The notes under the pieces: model-generated
Told to the model about the DNA's origin: nothing
Databases searched by the model: none
The model's input: only the letters and a program-made list of their open reading frames with translations
Position numbers and translations under genes: made by a program
NCBI GenBank assembly: GCA_010093605.1
Contig: MU004197.1
Location: 1,364,001 to 1,428,000 of the forward strand
Origin: Lophium mytilinum
Taxonomy: Eukaryota
Direction: 5' to 3'
Length of the DNA: 64,000 nt
In this document: in pieces, positions 11,091 to 22,976 of the stretch
Position numbering within the stretch: the stretch's first letter is position 1
Layout: every line of letters starts with the position of its first letter

Positions 11091-12107
11091 GCCGAGACTT
11101 TTGCACCGAATAGGTCCAACGAGATTGATCCCAAGTCCAGGGCCAAAATAAGGTACCCTATAGGGACTACATGACGCCGACAAGGAGAGAGATTTATTGA
11201 GAAATCTGGAGCTCAACGTGCAGACAGAGCCTACAGGTCTTCGGGATGGATGCCATCGAGAAGAGATATCCGTGGCGGCGAATGCTGGTAAGCTCCCTAC
11301 CTAGTCTTTCAGCGACGTACTAAGACCAACCGGCTACTTTCTCAATCAAGACGCAACGCCAACAGCACGCCAAAAGACCCGGAGAGGCTTCCCGCAGTAT
11401 CCGACTAGAATACCTCAATGCTCTGGTGTGCTCTGCTCTCCAGAATGAAGGAGACACCAGACTAAAGAAAGGTTATAGGCAACCTTAGTCCACCACTTTC
11501 ACATCAGTGCATCCTAGACACCATACCGAGCATTGACTATGGGAATGGCTTGGAGATATCCGAACGAGAAACGGTATCTGCCACGCTGTCATTTAGCGAA
11601 AGCTGATAGAAGAACGGAAAACGCCAACACCCGCCAAACCATATTCAATGACAGCACCGTTGTGAAGACTGATCTTCTAGAAAAGCTGCAGACAGGCCAA
11701 ATTGACATGTCGGGTCTGGCACAAACTGGAACGAAAGGATGATGGTGAACGCAGGTCCGATGCCTGGACGATGACGTTCTCCGGACATGAGAAACGCCAA
11801 GAACACGACGCCTGAGCGACACGAGGACAAAAGATGGTGAAGGACCAGCAGAGCACTCTTCAAGATGTCTCCATGTACATCCCGAGCTTTTGGACGATAT
11901 GAAGAAGTGGGCAAGGTGTAGTGGTGGAGAGACGCAGTAGGCATTCTAGTGGTGAGGTTGGGAAAAGCTTTGTTGCGGCATTCCCACCAAATGGAAAGGG
12001 TGGGGGAGGCCAACCCACATCCGCTTAGCTCAAGCGCGCGACTTCTCCTCATCCGCGGACCTTTTGCCATTACAATCGTGCATACCCTCCGTCGACCCAT
12101 CGCGACC

Positions 12108-13517
12108 ATGGCAATCGGCCCCAATCTCCTGCTGGAACTTCCCGGGGAACTGTTGGAGCATGTGCTTTCATTCCTCCCCCCCAGTGACATTGTCCACTTC
12201 GGCCGTACTTGCCGCACCGCCTACGACTTCACACGCCCGTCGAACAAGCTGCTCTGGCGCTCGGCCTTCTTGCACGCTTTCGACGATCCCCGGGACGTCT
12301 GGGCCGAGTTGCTGCCCTCAGCTCGCGCCCTGACGAAGACCCGGGAAGCCGGATGGGACTGGCACGACGAGTTAGGCCGGAGAATGCGCGTTCTGAGAGT
12401 GTTCCAGGACGATGATGTCGATGCCATCCAAGGGAACCACGATGAAATCACCGGCATCATCCTCGACACTTTCGACACGACTTACATTGCCACGTCTCGG
12501 AATCTGACCTATCTGAACCAGGTCTTCCAGGCTTCCTCCAATGCCGAAAGACTCGTTCACGATTTCCACAAGGGTATTGAGAACTATCACGCATCTAATG
12601 ATTTGCGCGTTGACCGTTCCATGGTCACGAGATCTATGATCCCTAGACAGCCGGTGTCGCCTGATTCCTCGAAATTGCACGTTTTGTACGGACCAACCCG
12701 CCGAGAGTTCGCCTCGAAGCGATCTCGAGTAGGAGCGAGGGCCGTCGTCTACGACTGGTCTATTACGGGCCCCGATGCGGACCATGGGCCATTTATCAAG
12801 GATCTAAGCGGTCAAGTCAATTGGACATCTCTGGAAGCGATCGCTAGCCTCATGTCTCGCAACTTTGACTCTGCAAAGGACGTGCATCTAGAAACTCCGA
12901 CTGGTTTTCGGAACAATCTCCGCCATCTATCGCCCCAAAATCCCGAATTCCCCGGCGACTGGGCTGGTGTATCTGGAAAATGGATTGGTACTTACGCTTT
13001 CCTTGACTATAGGGACTTGGTGCATTACAATTTCGCTCCTGGCCCAGAGCATGGCGCAGGTTTGGAGTCTTACGAAGAGGCGACCGGAGATCTTATGCTC
13101 TTGGACCTCAGACTCGACGAGTCTGAGGAAGCCAAAACGGATCCCAGATTCCGCACGCCGCTACCAGTATGCGAGGATCTTCCTGTGTTGTATTTCTCCG
13201 GCATCTCACGAAGCCACCGTGCGCACACGCCACGTATCAGCATCCGGGGAAGTGTGTCTCTAGTCCCGGGAGCCAGAGAGGTTCGATGGCGCTTCCTTAT
13301 CAAGTGAGTCCTTTCTTCATGTCACGGCCGTCATTACTGACCGAAAACTAGTTACGCGGGCGCCGACCAATGGCAACTTGAAGGAGTCCAGCCCGGAGGC
13401 GTTCGCTCAGGGGGTATCTTTGGCATATGGACGCATTGCGATCACGATGAGAATGGTCCGATTGGTCCATTCTGCTACTACCCTTATTCGCTTTGTGAAA
13501 ACCAGGAAGACTTTTGA
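12108..13517 (+). CDS. F-box domain protein (2 exons)
   Basis: N-terminal LLELPGELLEHVLSFLPPSDI F-box. An intron at 13304-13351 keeps the frame into YAGADQWQLEGVQPGG..GPIGPFCYYP. Confidence 0.9.
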
Positions 13518-14158
13518 TTACAGTGAGACTTAGGTAGCTATGCACACTTATCAGGTTTGATTTCTTCGTTGTTCTCGACATTCTTCTCAGCTTCACGTAA
13601 TTTCACAGCACTGGTACTGTAAAAGCCTATCTCATCTGGGTGCGATTAAATCTGGAGATTGACGTCACATTTGTCACGTGATCAACGCGGCCTTGGCGGA
13701 GTCACTGGTCCGTTTGTTGAGTACTGGAAGCTCGAACTCACTTTTCCTCTGCGAATCCTGCCCGTGATGCGAAGAAACAGGCATGCTGCAAAATGGTTGT
13801 GACATCGTTTCCTGGACCCTCGCGTTGTCCATATATTGTTTCCAGACCAGATTCACAAAATGCCACTTCGAAACTTATCCAGTCCGGCCACTTTGAAGGA
13901 CAACCATGGAGTCCTTTGTTAGCTGTTCACTGGGATCAAAGAAACATCAATGCTTTTGTTCGATATCCGCTACTTTCACGCCACATTTCTTTGTTGTCGA
14001 AGCAATCCTGTAGTCGGGCTGTCAAAGACGGGAAGCATCTATTTAATTGACAATGGCTTCATCGTTTCGAGGACTTCACAATCCGCTTTCGAATTCTCGA
14101 GAAATATCGTGTTATCACTTGCTAAAACATCACACAATTCTAGTTCCTCAACTCAAAC

Positions 14159-14575
14159 ATGGCACCACGACGTAAGGCTGCCACCGAAGCTGCAAAGGCG
14201 TCGGCTGCGCTAAAAGCTGGAAGATTCAGGTCCACATATGGAGTACCCACCCCGCGCCAACCTTCTCCTAGTCCCCCACTCGCGCCAAAAACTCCTACGC
14301 CTATCAAGAAGGCCAGGAAGGCGCGGGCGGCGGAGACTCGTCGCCAGAAAAACGCACGGATGGTCAAAACGTGGGCCACGAGACGTGCAAACGCGGCGGA
14401 AGCGGCTCGGCAGAAGCAAGAAGAGGAAGAGAGCGACGCGGCAGAGAGGGAGTCGCAGATAGACGAGAGGGATAACCGTGCCGCGTTTAGAGAGTACTAT
14501 CGTTCGAGGAACGCGCTGATTCTCAGGATAAGAGCGGATATGCGGACTGCGAGGAGGCTTGAGAGGAACAGCTGA
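14159..14575 (+). CDS. Small basic hypothetical protein (138 aa)
   Basis: Clean ATG ORF, K/R/A-rich, with a charged helical C-terminal half. No recognised domain. Confidence 0.55.
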   Translation: MAPRRKAATEAAKASAALKAGRFRSTYGVPTPRQPSPSPPLAPKTPTPIKKARKARAAETRRQKNARMVKTWATRRANAAEAARQKQEEEESDAAERESQIDERDNRAAFREYYRSRNALILRIRADMRTARRLERNS

Positions 14576-14677
14576 AATGCTAGAAAGGGGGTTGAAGGCA
14601 AGGCAAGTGCCCGTGGTTAGGATACCTTCATGTGTAGCTCTTATAAAGCTGTCTATTAGCGCTAACACCGAGTTTAG

Positions 14678-15560
14678 TTGGTCGAGAATTCAGATCCTTC
14701 TATTAAAGTATCTCCTGTTAGCTCTTCAAGCACCTCTAACCCGCCAAAGTCTCCCGTGAAAGATTCTGCTATCACTGCTCCAAGTGTGGAAGCCTTACAC
14801 GATGGATACAGCAAGATCGACAATCTCGCAGACAGAGGTATAATCGCCGTTCCCAATGTCTTTGCCATAGAGAAATTCTTTCGATGGGTCAAAGACTCTG
14901 TCATTTTCAAAGACAGATGCAACGACTGAGTCGTCTCTGCCTGTACCTACGTCGCCCCGGTACTCCACAATGGCAGCCCCAATCCATTTGTAGCCAGAGA
15001 GCTGGATTTCAAGTAGGACGCTGATGTCGAAAATATCGCTATGCTAATTCACGCCATGGTCGATGAGAAGAGTTTCCTACTTGATGATGCCCGGCTGGAA
15101 AAGACACTCGTGATATCGACGACGTTGAAGAAGATGAGGACCATTACGCCAGCATCGCTACCCTCGCGAAGCTTGCCAACTACCCTGAATACGTCGCCAC
15201 AACAGCTAAGCGGCTCATCAAGTACCTGAAGGATAGGGATGATATGGAGCCTTTCGACACCCTCCGCCTTCATCTCGTCTTGACATTTCAGATCGCAAGA
15301 CGTTACTGTAGCACGCCGGAGAGCATCAAGGAAGCTTCCAAACTTACTGACGTAGCTGACGAGACGTGCGACATGCCGTATGCTTTTGTGTTCTTAGACC
15401 TCAAGGACTCACTTCCCCAATCCGCTCGTACCCTAAGCTGCGCACCGAAGAAGCCATGACTTCCCACGCGTTCCAGCACCACCCATGGCCACTGAACCCG
15501 TACTGTGGGGATCCCCGCCTGATGGGTTTCTCCGCTCGAGCTCCTTGGTAGCTTTGGAGC
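14678..15560 (+). pseudogene. Decayed gene of unknown family
   Basis: One protein-like frame continues through in-frame stops at 14927 (TGA) and 15014 (TAG). It then shifts frame near 15097 into DIDDVEEDEDHYASIATLAKLANYPEYV.. Confidence 0.5.
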
Positions 15561-15913
15561 ACCTATTATGTAACGTTTGTTCCACCGCAATGTCTAATAT
15601 CGCAACAATGCTAGCTACCGAAAACACGAAACATTAATCCTTGTCTCTAGTCGTATGGAAAAGATAGAATATGAACGACGAGGTTCCACGGTTATCTATG
15701 GGCATAGACAATGCTAACATTCACATTGTGCATAACATAGGTTTAGACGCAAATGATAAATATGTTGCGACCACGTCACCCCAATACTCCCCAACTTCAC
15801 CCAACTTCTGAATTCTAGGTCCTCACCGCCTGTCGAACCTTCCTAGCTTCTAGCGATCTTCGACATCAACGATTCATTCGAACATACGTCCAACCTCTAT
15901 AACGACGACTAGA

Positions 15914-16330
15914 ATGGCGTCGAAGATTACCAGCTCCAGCGCGCTTGAGGCCGCGTTCCCATCGAGCACCACTACCCCCACCCAGACGCTGTTGTCGGCG
16001 CCGAATTCAAGTGCCATCGCGCTCATCACAGCCGCTATCATTGTTGTAGTGCTGGCGACCGTTGTTATCGTTGCCTTGGTCTGTGTTCTTCGCAGGCGCA
16101 AACGCAAGGCACGCGCCAACATGGAGCGCGGTTTCGAGCGCGAGTCGGGATTCAAGACAGTCCCGCTCCAGAACCTGGTCGGGACCAAGATGGCCCATGT
16201 ACTGATCAAAGATATCCCATCCAAGCATCCATCTTCGCCGAAGCATGATCCTCGGTTCGTGATCGGCGACGATGGCGATTCCGATGATGAGAGCAAGGTC
16301 CATCACGACCCCAAGAATGGGGACCGATAG
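15914..16330 (+). CDS. Small single-pass membrane protein, tandem paralog 1
   Basis: S/T-rich N-terminus, hydrophobic helix, CVLRRRKRK, then ERGFERESGFKTVPL. The motif is shared with the three neighbours. Confidence 0.75.
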   Translation: MASKITSSSALEAAFPSSTTTPTQTLLSAPNSSAIALITAAIIVVVLATVVIVALVCVLRRRKRKARANMERGFERESGFKTVPLQNLVGTKMAHVLIKDIPSKHPSSPKHDPRFVIGDDGDSDDESKVHHDPKNGDR

Positions 16331-16678
16331 GTGGCCGATGAGAGCAGCTAATACGGCTTGGTTAAAAACTCAAATACGTATCGACAACGACCACTTAGTA
16401 CCGTGTTTGTATTAGGTGGCTAAAATCTAAAGAGACCTTCGCACTACCTATGAGCCGCGCGAGGGCGAAGAATGAAATCCCTTTCTCCTGATTTGTTTAT
16501 GCACAATACTTTCGTGACATTGAAACTTTCAGTGTAAGTTACGTTTCCATCTAGAGGTATACACAATGCTAAAATCCCCAATGTTTAGATATGTATCCAG
16601 GAAGCAAACAATATATAAGTTTCAACTAAACCTCTGGAAATACTCCCAAACCGGACTATTCTATCGAAATTCAAAGCA

Positions 16679-17056
16679 ATGGGACCAATTCCGAACCCGC
16701 CAACCGGCTTCAAGCTTCCGCGGCCGCTCAATCTCACATCACCAGAGTCTGACACCCTGCTCCCACCCAGCAACTTTACCGAGCTTTCGCCTGATTTTCT
16801 GGGACCATTCTTAGATCCTTCTTCGATTGAATACGTGTACAGTGAGCAGTTTCTCGACATAGTGATTATCCTCGGTGTCGTAATGTTCGTGTTCGTGGCT
16901 GCGACCTTGTGCGTGCTCTCGATCTGTGCTTACTGTAGACGTAGGAAGTACGCTGAGGTGGACGCTGAAAGTGGTCTCGAGCAAGACTTGGGCTTCAGGA
17001 CCGTCCCACCGAGATGGTTGAGAGGCGCTCATACAAACCCGTGCTTTTATAGATAA
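16679..17056 (+). CDS. Small single-pass membrane protein, tandem paralog 2
   Basis: TM helix, CAYCRRRK, then ESGLEQDLGFRTVPPRWLRG. Confidence 0.7.
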   Translation: MGPIPNPPTGFKLPRPLNLTSPESDTLLPPSNFTELSPDFLGPFLDPSSIEYVYSEQFLDIVIILGVVMFVFVAATLCVLSICAYCRRRKYAEVDAESGLEQDLGFRTVPPRWLRGAHTNPCFYR

Positions 17057-17796
17057 AAGGTGATCTCCGATTGGTCTTCGGCGATGAAGAAGACTCGCAT
17101 GCCGATGATTCCCGATCCCAGCGCCAACAGGTTGGCTATTGAGAGAGCGGAGACGCGTCCTCGAAGAAAAATGGCATCTTTCCAGCGCCAACACGGACCG
17201 ATTTCTGTTGCTAGGTGAGTGAGCCCTAGAAGGGTCTATGCGCTGGCGCGTGCAAATGAAACTTGATTTCAATTTCCCCGCAACCGGAACAACCACAATT
17301 CATGCTTCATCATCATCGATATCTCGATCGTTCCATTTAACTCCACCTAAATCACTAGATATGTATCATATTGTTTCCATTACCATCATCGTCACCGCTC
17401 GCTCTTCTTTGTCTGCCAATGTTCTCTGAAATTTCTGACTTTTTTTTCCGGATCCTTCACATTGCCTTCGGACTTCGTTCATCTCTCGTGTCTCATTTGC
17501 CCCGTCCTCTATGCGATCCCACATTGTAAGTGTCTTTCTCACAGCGAACATTCCATGCTTGTCTATAATTGTACAATGTTTACGTCTTTTCCGCATTGTT
17601 CAAATACGTATCTTGGAACGAAATAGTATATAGCTTGCACCTGTCACTACAAACGCTCATCAACTCAGTCTTGTCTTTCCAGTTTAGGATCCATAGAACC
17701 AAAGTTTCTCTGTTCCTAGCTATCAGTCAAGCAATTGAAACGTTCCTGTTTCATATCTCAAACCTGGAACACTTCCACTCAACCACGCCAACAAGC

Positions 17797-18147
17797 ATGG
17801 AAACCCACTTCCACCGCCCAGGCGAGCTCCAATCCACCGAGGCCCCGTCTCCCACTCCTACCATTAATCCCGGACAGCGATTCCTACATGATGCTCAATA
17901 CCGGACTGTGGTGCTGGTAGCTGCCGCCGCTATTGCGGTGCTCCTAGTAACCATAGGCATCGTAGTTTGGGTCTGCGTCTGCCGCAGGCGTAAGCGAAAA
18001 GCGCGCGCTGTCGCTGATGTAGAGCGCGGCTACAAGAACCGAACAGGCTTCAATTCCATCCCACTCCACTGGCTCAAAGGCCCTGGAGGAAAGCCGGCCT
18101 CTAACCAAATAGGACCACACCATGGCTCCAAACCTGGTGGCCGATAG
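17797..18147 (+). CDS. Small single-pass membrane protein, tandem paralog 3
   Basis: First ATG at 17797. TM helix, CVCRRRKRK, then ERGYKNRTGFNSIPLHWLKG. Confidence 0.75.
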   Translation: METHFHRPGELQSTEAPSPTPTINPGQRFLHDAQYRTVVLVAAAAIAVLLVTIGIVVWVCVCRRRKRKARAVADVERGYKNRTGFNSIPLHWLKGPGGKPASNQIGPHHGSKPGGR

Positions 18148-18726
18148 GTGAAGAGCTAAGGGGTTAGAGCCCCCTTCGACTGACAGGGTGCGATATTCGC
18201 ACCCGATCACTATGTGTTAGCCTATCGGGACCCTAACATGTGTCGCGCTGCCTATGAGACGCGCTAAGGTAAACAACGAACCACTTTCCCTCCGAACTTA
18301 AGTTCCATGCAGTCCTGATGTGAAGTCTTTCCAGTGTCATAAAACATACCTTTCTAAACTTTCATACCCACTTTGTTCTTCCGCCATGTCTAGAACTCAA
18401 CACCGTTTACTGTGCCGGGACACTTCTTTTCTCGTGTCTAGCCTTTCATTGCCTGTACCAGCATTGGGTGAGTATATGAACATTGGGTACCCATTCTTGC
18501 CTAGATTCAGAACACTAATAGTCACATTGTGCAGATACAATATAATCTGAATTATAGGTATATATATCTTATCCACACCTCTACAAGCGCTTCGTACTTC
18601 ATTGACTGTTTTCGAAACTGGGAACCACATGTCAAATTGTTCCACCTCCAGCTTTTCAAAAGTCACAAGATTTACCCCACAATCGTGAACGCCTTGGAGG
18701 CCTCCACGCCGTCCAAGCTGGTCACA

Positions 18727-19029
18727 ATGACCACGGACTTCCTTCGACCTCGTTCCACCGAGGTCGCTTCAGCCACACCCACCTCCACGCCAGGTGCCTC
18801 GCCAGGCAAGTCTGGATTGAACCGCAACATCGCCATCGTTGTCTTCGCAGTCCTCCTTACGACCGTCATCGTTGTGGTTCTCTGCATACACCGCAGGCGC
18901 CTGAAGAAGGCGGAGGCCGACATTGAGCGCGGATACGAAGACGAATCCGGGTTCCACTCCATCCCGCTGCATTGGCTTCAAGGGCCTGGAGTGAACCGCA
19001 CTCCTTCTTCACCGACGCCGAATGCATAG
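18727..19029 (+). CDS. Small single-pass membrane protein, tandem paralog 4
   Basis: First ATG at 18727. TM helix, CIHRRRLKK, then ERGYEDESGFHSIPLHWLQG. Confidence 0.75.
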   Translation: MTTDFLRPRSTEVASATPTSTPGASPGKSGLNRNIAIVVFAVLLTTVIVVVLCIHRRRLKKAEADIERGYEDESGFHSIPLHWLQGPGVNRTPSSPTPNA

Positions 19030-19405
19030 AGGTAGGAAACCTTATTCGTAGTTCCAACTCATCTGCGAGAAAGTGGGTGCGAAATACCCACCCTGGACCT
19101 GCCACCGCCGCTGTGAGGCAATTAGTATCTGAACAAGCCTTTGAGCTGCCCCTACGACGCGCTAAGGTAGACAATAAACCACATTCCCCCAAACTTCCTG
19201 TACCATGCTCACGTGATATTGCCAGTGCTTCATGCTATACAGAAGACCCCAGTCTGTCAGAAATAAAATGAAAGATACCAAAACCCACTCTATTTCCGAC
19301 CCATGCCACGTGGAATGCTAACAAGACATCCTCTAGATATATAATTACCTCGCTGCCCCAACTCCTCTTCTGCTTGCCCAACACCACTGCCATGAGCGCC
19401 CCTAG

Positions 19406-20131
19406 CTAACTGCCACCAGCCGCCCCAAAAGATAGTTCACCAACTCCCACCCCAACCGGCCCAACCAACCTACCCGCAACCCCCCTCTCCATCCCCCACA
19501 CCTCCCCCAGATACTCCAACAATCTCCTCCTCGCCACCCCAACCGCACAAATCCTATCCACCTTCTCCCTCACCGACTTGGCCATTAGACTCTCCCACAA
19601 CATTACCCCATTATCATTGGGCGGGTGGGTCCCCTGCTTAACCTCAGCTTTCGCCTCCAACACCCCATCCCTCCTCCCCTTCGCCTCCCCCACCTCCCTC
19701 ACAATCTCCGCAATGTACGACGCAACAAACTTCTCCGGTCCGAATCCATGGCGCGCGAGCAAGTCGTCCCACCGCTGCCACGTCGCGGGCAAGTTATAGC
19801 GATCCAGCACCGGGAATGTCAGACACAGGGCCCAGAGATGGCGGAAGAGGGTGATGCGGTCGAGTGCGCGGGCGTGCGCGGAGTCGAGGGATGAGCTGTG
19901 CGAAAGGTCGCCCACCCGGCGCTGGCGGGAGGTGTTGAGGGTGTGGAAGCCGGGGAGGGTAGGTGGGGTAGAGGAGTAAGGGGAGCGCTTCAACGGTGGG
20001 AGAACCCTCCCACCCGGGAAGTCGAGACGGCGTTTCTTGTGCGGCGGCTGGGGAATTGATGGGTCTGGAGATGCTGGGTCGGGTTTGAGGAGGCGGGGGT
20101 CGATGGGCTGTGGCGGGTTAGTAGGTGACAT
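19406..20131 (-). CDS. Hypothetical protein (about 241 aa)
   Basis: Long ORF with a Pro-rich N-terminus, an NLS-like KKRR and a helical C-terminal half. The ATG at 20131 was taken as the start. Confidence 0.65.
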   Translation of the reverse strand: MSPTNPPQPIDPRLLKPDPASPDPSIPQPPHKKRRLDFPGGRVLPPLKRSPYSSTPPTLPGFHTLNTSRQRRVGDLSHSSSLDSAHARALDRITLFRHLWALCLTFPVLDRYNLPATWQRWDDLLARHGFGPEKFVASYIAEIVREVGEAKGRRDGVLEAKAEVKQGTHPPNDNGVMLWESLMAKSVREKVDRICAVGVARRRLLEYLGEVWGMERGVAGRLVGPVGVGVGELSFGAAGGS

Positions 20132-21177
20132 TTTGAGAGCGTTCTCAAAGATCTTACAGGTAGTGGCGGCGGTATCATGTATTGTTCTTCGGCGGACATA
20201 TTGACATAGCAGAGATGACCGGCACCTCGATGTAGTAATAATCAAATATCTCTATGAGTGCGACAAGATATTCGTAGAAGCACTTCCCAGAAAATTCGTT
20301 ATATCAATATGAGTGAGTACTAAGAATCATGTATAGTAGACGTACGCAACACCGAATCGAACTCTTGAACAGTTAATTCCATCACTCGTGACTCACGGTT
20401 GAATCGAAACACACACTCACTCGGTCACTGGTCAGGGGCGCCTCAAAGCGTTGAACCACCCACGTGACCCACCCTCGAAAATAGTCAGTCTTCTACTTCG
20501 CGTTGCGTGAGAAATACTTGAATTGAATCTTTGTTAGCTCGTTTGCAAGTTATCTCCTTGGTTTAATGTTCTCATAATATGGGAGAGGCAGGGGCAAATT
20601 CCGTGATGAAATCATTAAAGATGCGATATTGACTCGTCGGAGAACAATGAATTAGGCGCTAACAACTGGGAACGCGTCAGCTTTTTGATACGATGTGTCG
20701 TTCTAGATGCGCGTACACCACATACCGCTGTATAAAGTCCGTCAACATAAAACCGGTTTGCACAACCCGAGAACTTGCTGAGCTACCTCAGAGGGCGGTA
20801 ACAGCACCCAATAATGTTATGTTAAAGGCGGACGTTGATAGAACAACGATACCTTTATCGCTATCTGTAGAACTTAAAAAGCGCTGAACTCATTTTATCC
20901 CTGAATCTTAACCGATACTGTGGTGGCGGAGGATCACGTTAACCAAGGGGGATAGAGAGTGGGAGAGGATAACATCAATTGTATCGTATCAAAGGAGAGG
21001 TCTTAGCCGTCGTGCTACCTAAGGCAGACTTAACAAGAAGGAGAGATGGTAGATGATGGTGCGCTGACATCCGCAATCGAGAAGAGATCTGATCGCTCAT
21101 CAAGTGTCGCTCTTATACCTGCACCGATCTACCCTGCACCGATCTACCTTGCACCGGTCTACCTCACCACAACACCA

Positions 21178-22976
21178 TCAATGAGCTTCTTCCTTCTCAA
21201 GCCCACGTTCACCGTCATACCTCCTCCTCACCCTGAACGGAATCGTCTTGTTCGGCCGCAAGACACCGAGCCCTAACTTCCCCATGTCCATATCCACTGA
21301 CTTGTTCATGATCTCCAAGTCAAAGCGATCCGCCATCAGCGCAATTCCGAGGATGATGATGTTCTTTGCCAGGAAGCGTCCAGGACAGATCGCATTTCCG
21401 CCTATCAGTGTTAATAGTGTGTCCACTGAGTCAGAAAACAGGTACTAACTACTAACCTCCATAGGGTAACCAGCTTCCGTCCAGTCCCTCCAGCGAGAAC
21501 TCTCCCTTCGCATTCAGGAACCGATCTGGCCAGAACGTCTGTGCTGGGTACGAGGGATGCGTCTTATTCCACACGCCGGGGTCCATATGAGAGACACGCG
21601 AGTTGACCATCGCGATCCCGCCTTTCGGGAGCATCCACTGGCCGAGCGGAGTAGCAGAGTGAGGCGAGTTGGTGGCGAAGTAGGAGTTGGTGTAGACACG
21701 GAGGGTCTCGGCGTAGATGGAGGAGAGAAGGGGGATCTGCACCAGAGCTTTGAGGTCGAATCCTGAACCATCGATGCGGCAAGTACCATCCGCGAGAACA
21801 GCGCGGATGCGCTCCAGGAGTCCCGATTCCGTGAAGAGGTGGTATGTCGCCATTACAGTCGAAGGGACAACGTTTGCGACGGACCTGTAGCCATTAGTCA
21901 ATGCCCATACTGCGAAAGGGAAGGCAGAAAATGAAGGGATAAAGAGCCCAACTTACGCCCACACAAGCCCCAGATCGACTGCCGCCATCGCATCCTCGTC
22001 CAGGCCATCCACAATTCCCAGTGTCTCCTGCCTGTCTCTCATAAGGCTCGAGCCCCACGCCAGATCCCCGTTCACTTCAGTCCCCTCCTCACACCGCTCC
22101 CTAGCATACCTATGCCACTTGATCATCATCGCCTTCAATCTCTCCCTCCGCCTCGTCGCCCTCGGCATCAGAAACGCGGGAATTCCGTGTCCGAACCACG
22201 GTATAGTCTTGTCAAATTCCCAGAACTCATCGACGAAACTTGGATTGAGTTCCAAGAATGCTGGCCCCGCTAAAGCTTCCATAACCGATCTCCCAATCAC
22301 CTCCACCATCAGCGTGAAGAGATCAGGCTTCTCCACCCATCCGCCCACTACCCCTGTTTCAAGCCCTTTCACCCGGCCCAACATCCCTCCAACCGTTCGC
22401 GTCGTGAACGGTCCCAGCCCCACTCCCGTCAGCCCGGTCAGTAAGACCGAATGCGTGATGTAGCCCACCCGATCCTTCTCCAGCACCGTACTGCCCGAAT
22501 GTGGCTTCCGAAACGGGCCAGAGTCGTCGGCTCGATAGACCTTGAGCGCGGCGGAACGCATGCCGAAGAAGTGATCCAAGACGTAGACATACAAGGCCAT
22601 AGGGCTAGCGAGGGCGGGAGATTTCCAGAGGGCACGAATGATAGAGGGGTCTTGCAAGATGTAGACAGGGGTGACGACGAGGGTGAGGCGGGAGCAAGTT
22701 AGGTGCCCGGCATAGGTGCTGCGGAAAAGTAATGAGTGCGGGGACTTTGGAAAAGGGATTGAAGATTGGAGAAGTGGGATGTACTTACCTAGCTCGTCCG
22801 AGAAAGCTTGGGCCAATAATGAGGAGGGAGAGGAGGTGGCCCAAGAACGGGATGAAGGTTGGATAGGTTGGGGGGAGTTGGTTTGGGGAGACGTGGCGGC
22901 GTTGGTAGAGGTATTTCAGCCATTCTATTGCGTAGTTGACGAGGAGGGCAAGGATGAGAGTGATGGCGATGTTCAT
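21178..22976 (-). CDS. Cytochrome P450, CYP7/prostacyclin-synthase-like (4 exons)
   Basis: N-terminal anchor followed by a Pro-rich hinge, ExxR (AETLR), PDRF, and the heme motif PYGG|GNAICPG split by an intron. The I-helix region reads ANVVP. Confidence 0.9.

Noticed and set aside
11100..11940. Possible gene remnant with an intron-like segment near 11288-11350
   Set aside because: No consistent reading frame or recognisable motif.
21120..21165. 15-bp repeat x3 downstream of the P450
   Set aside because: Ordinary minisatellite with no sign of function.
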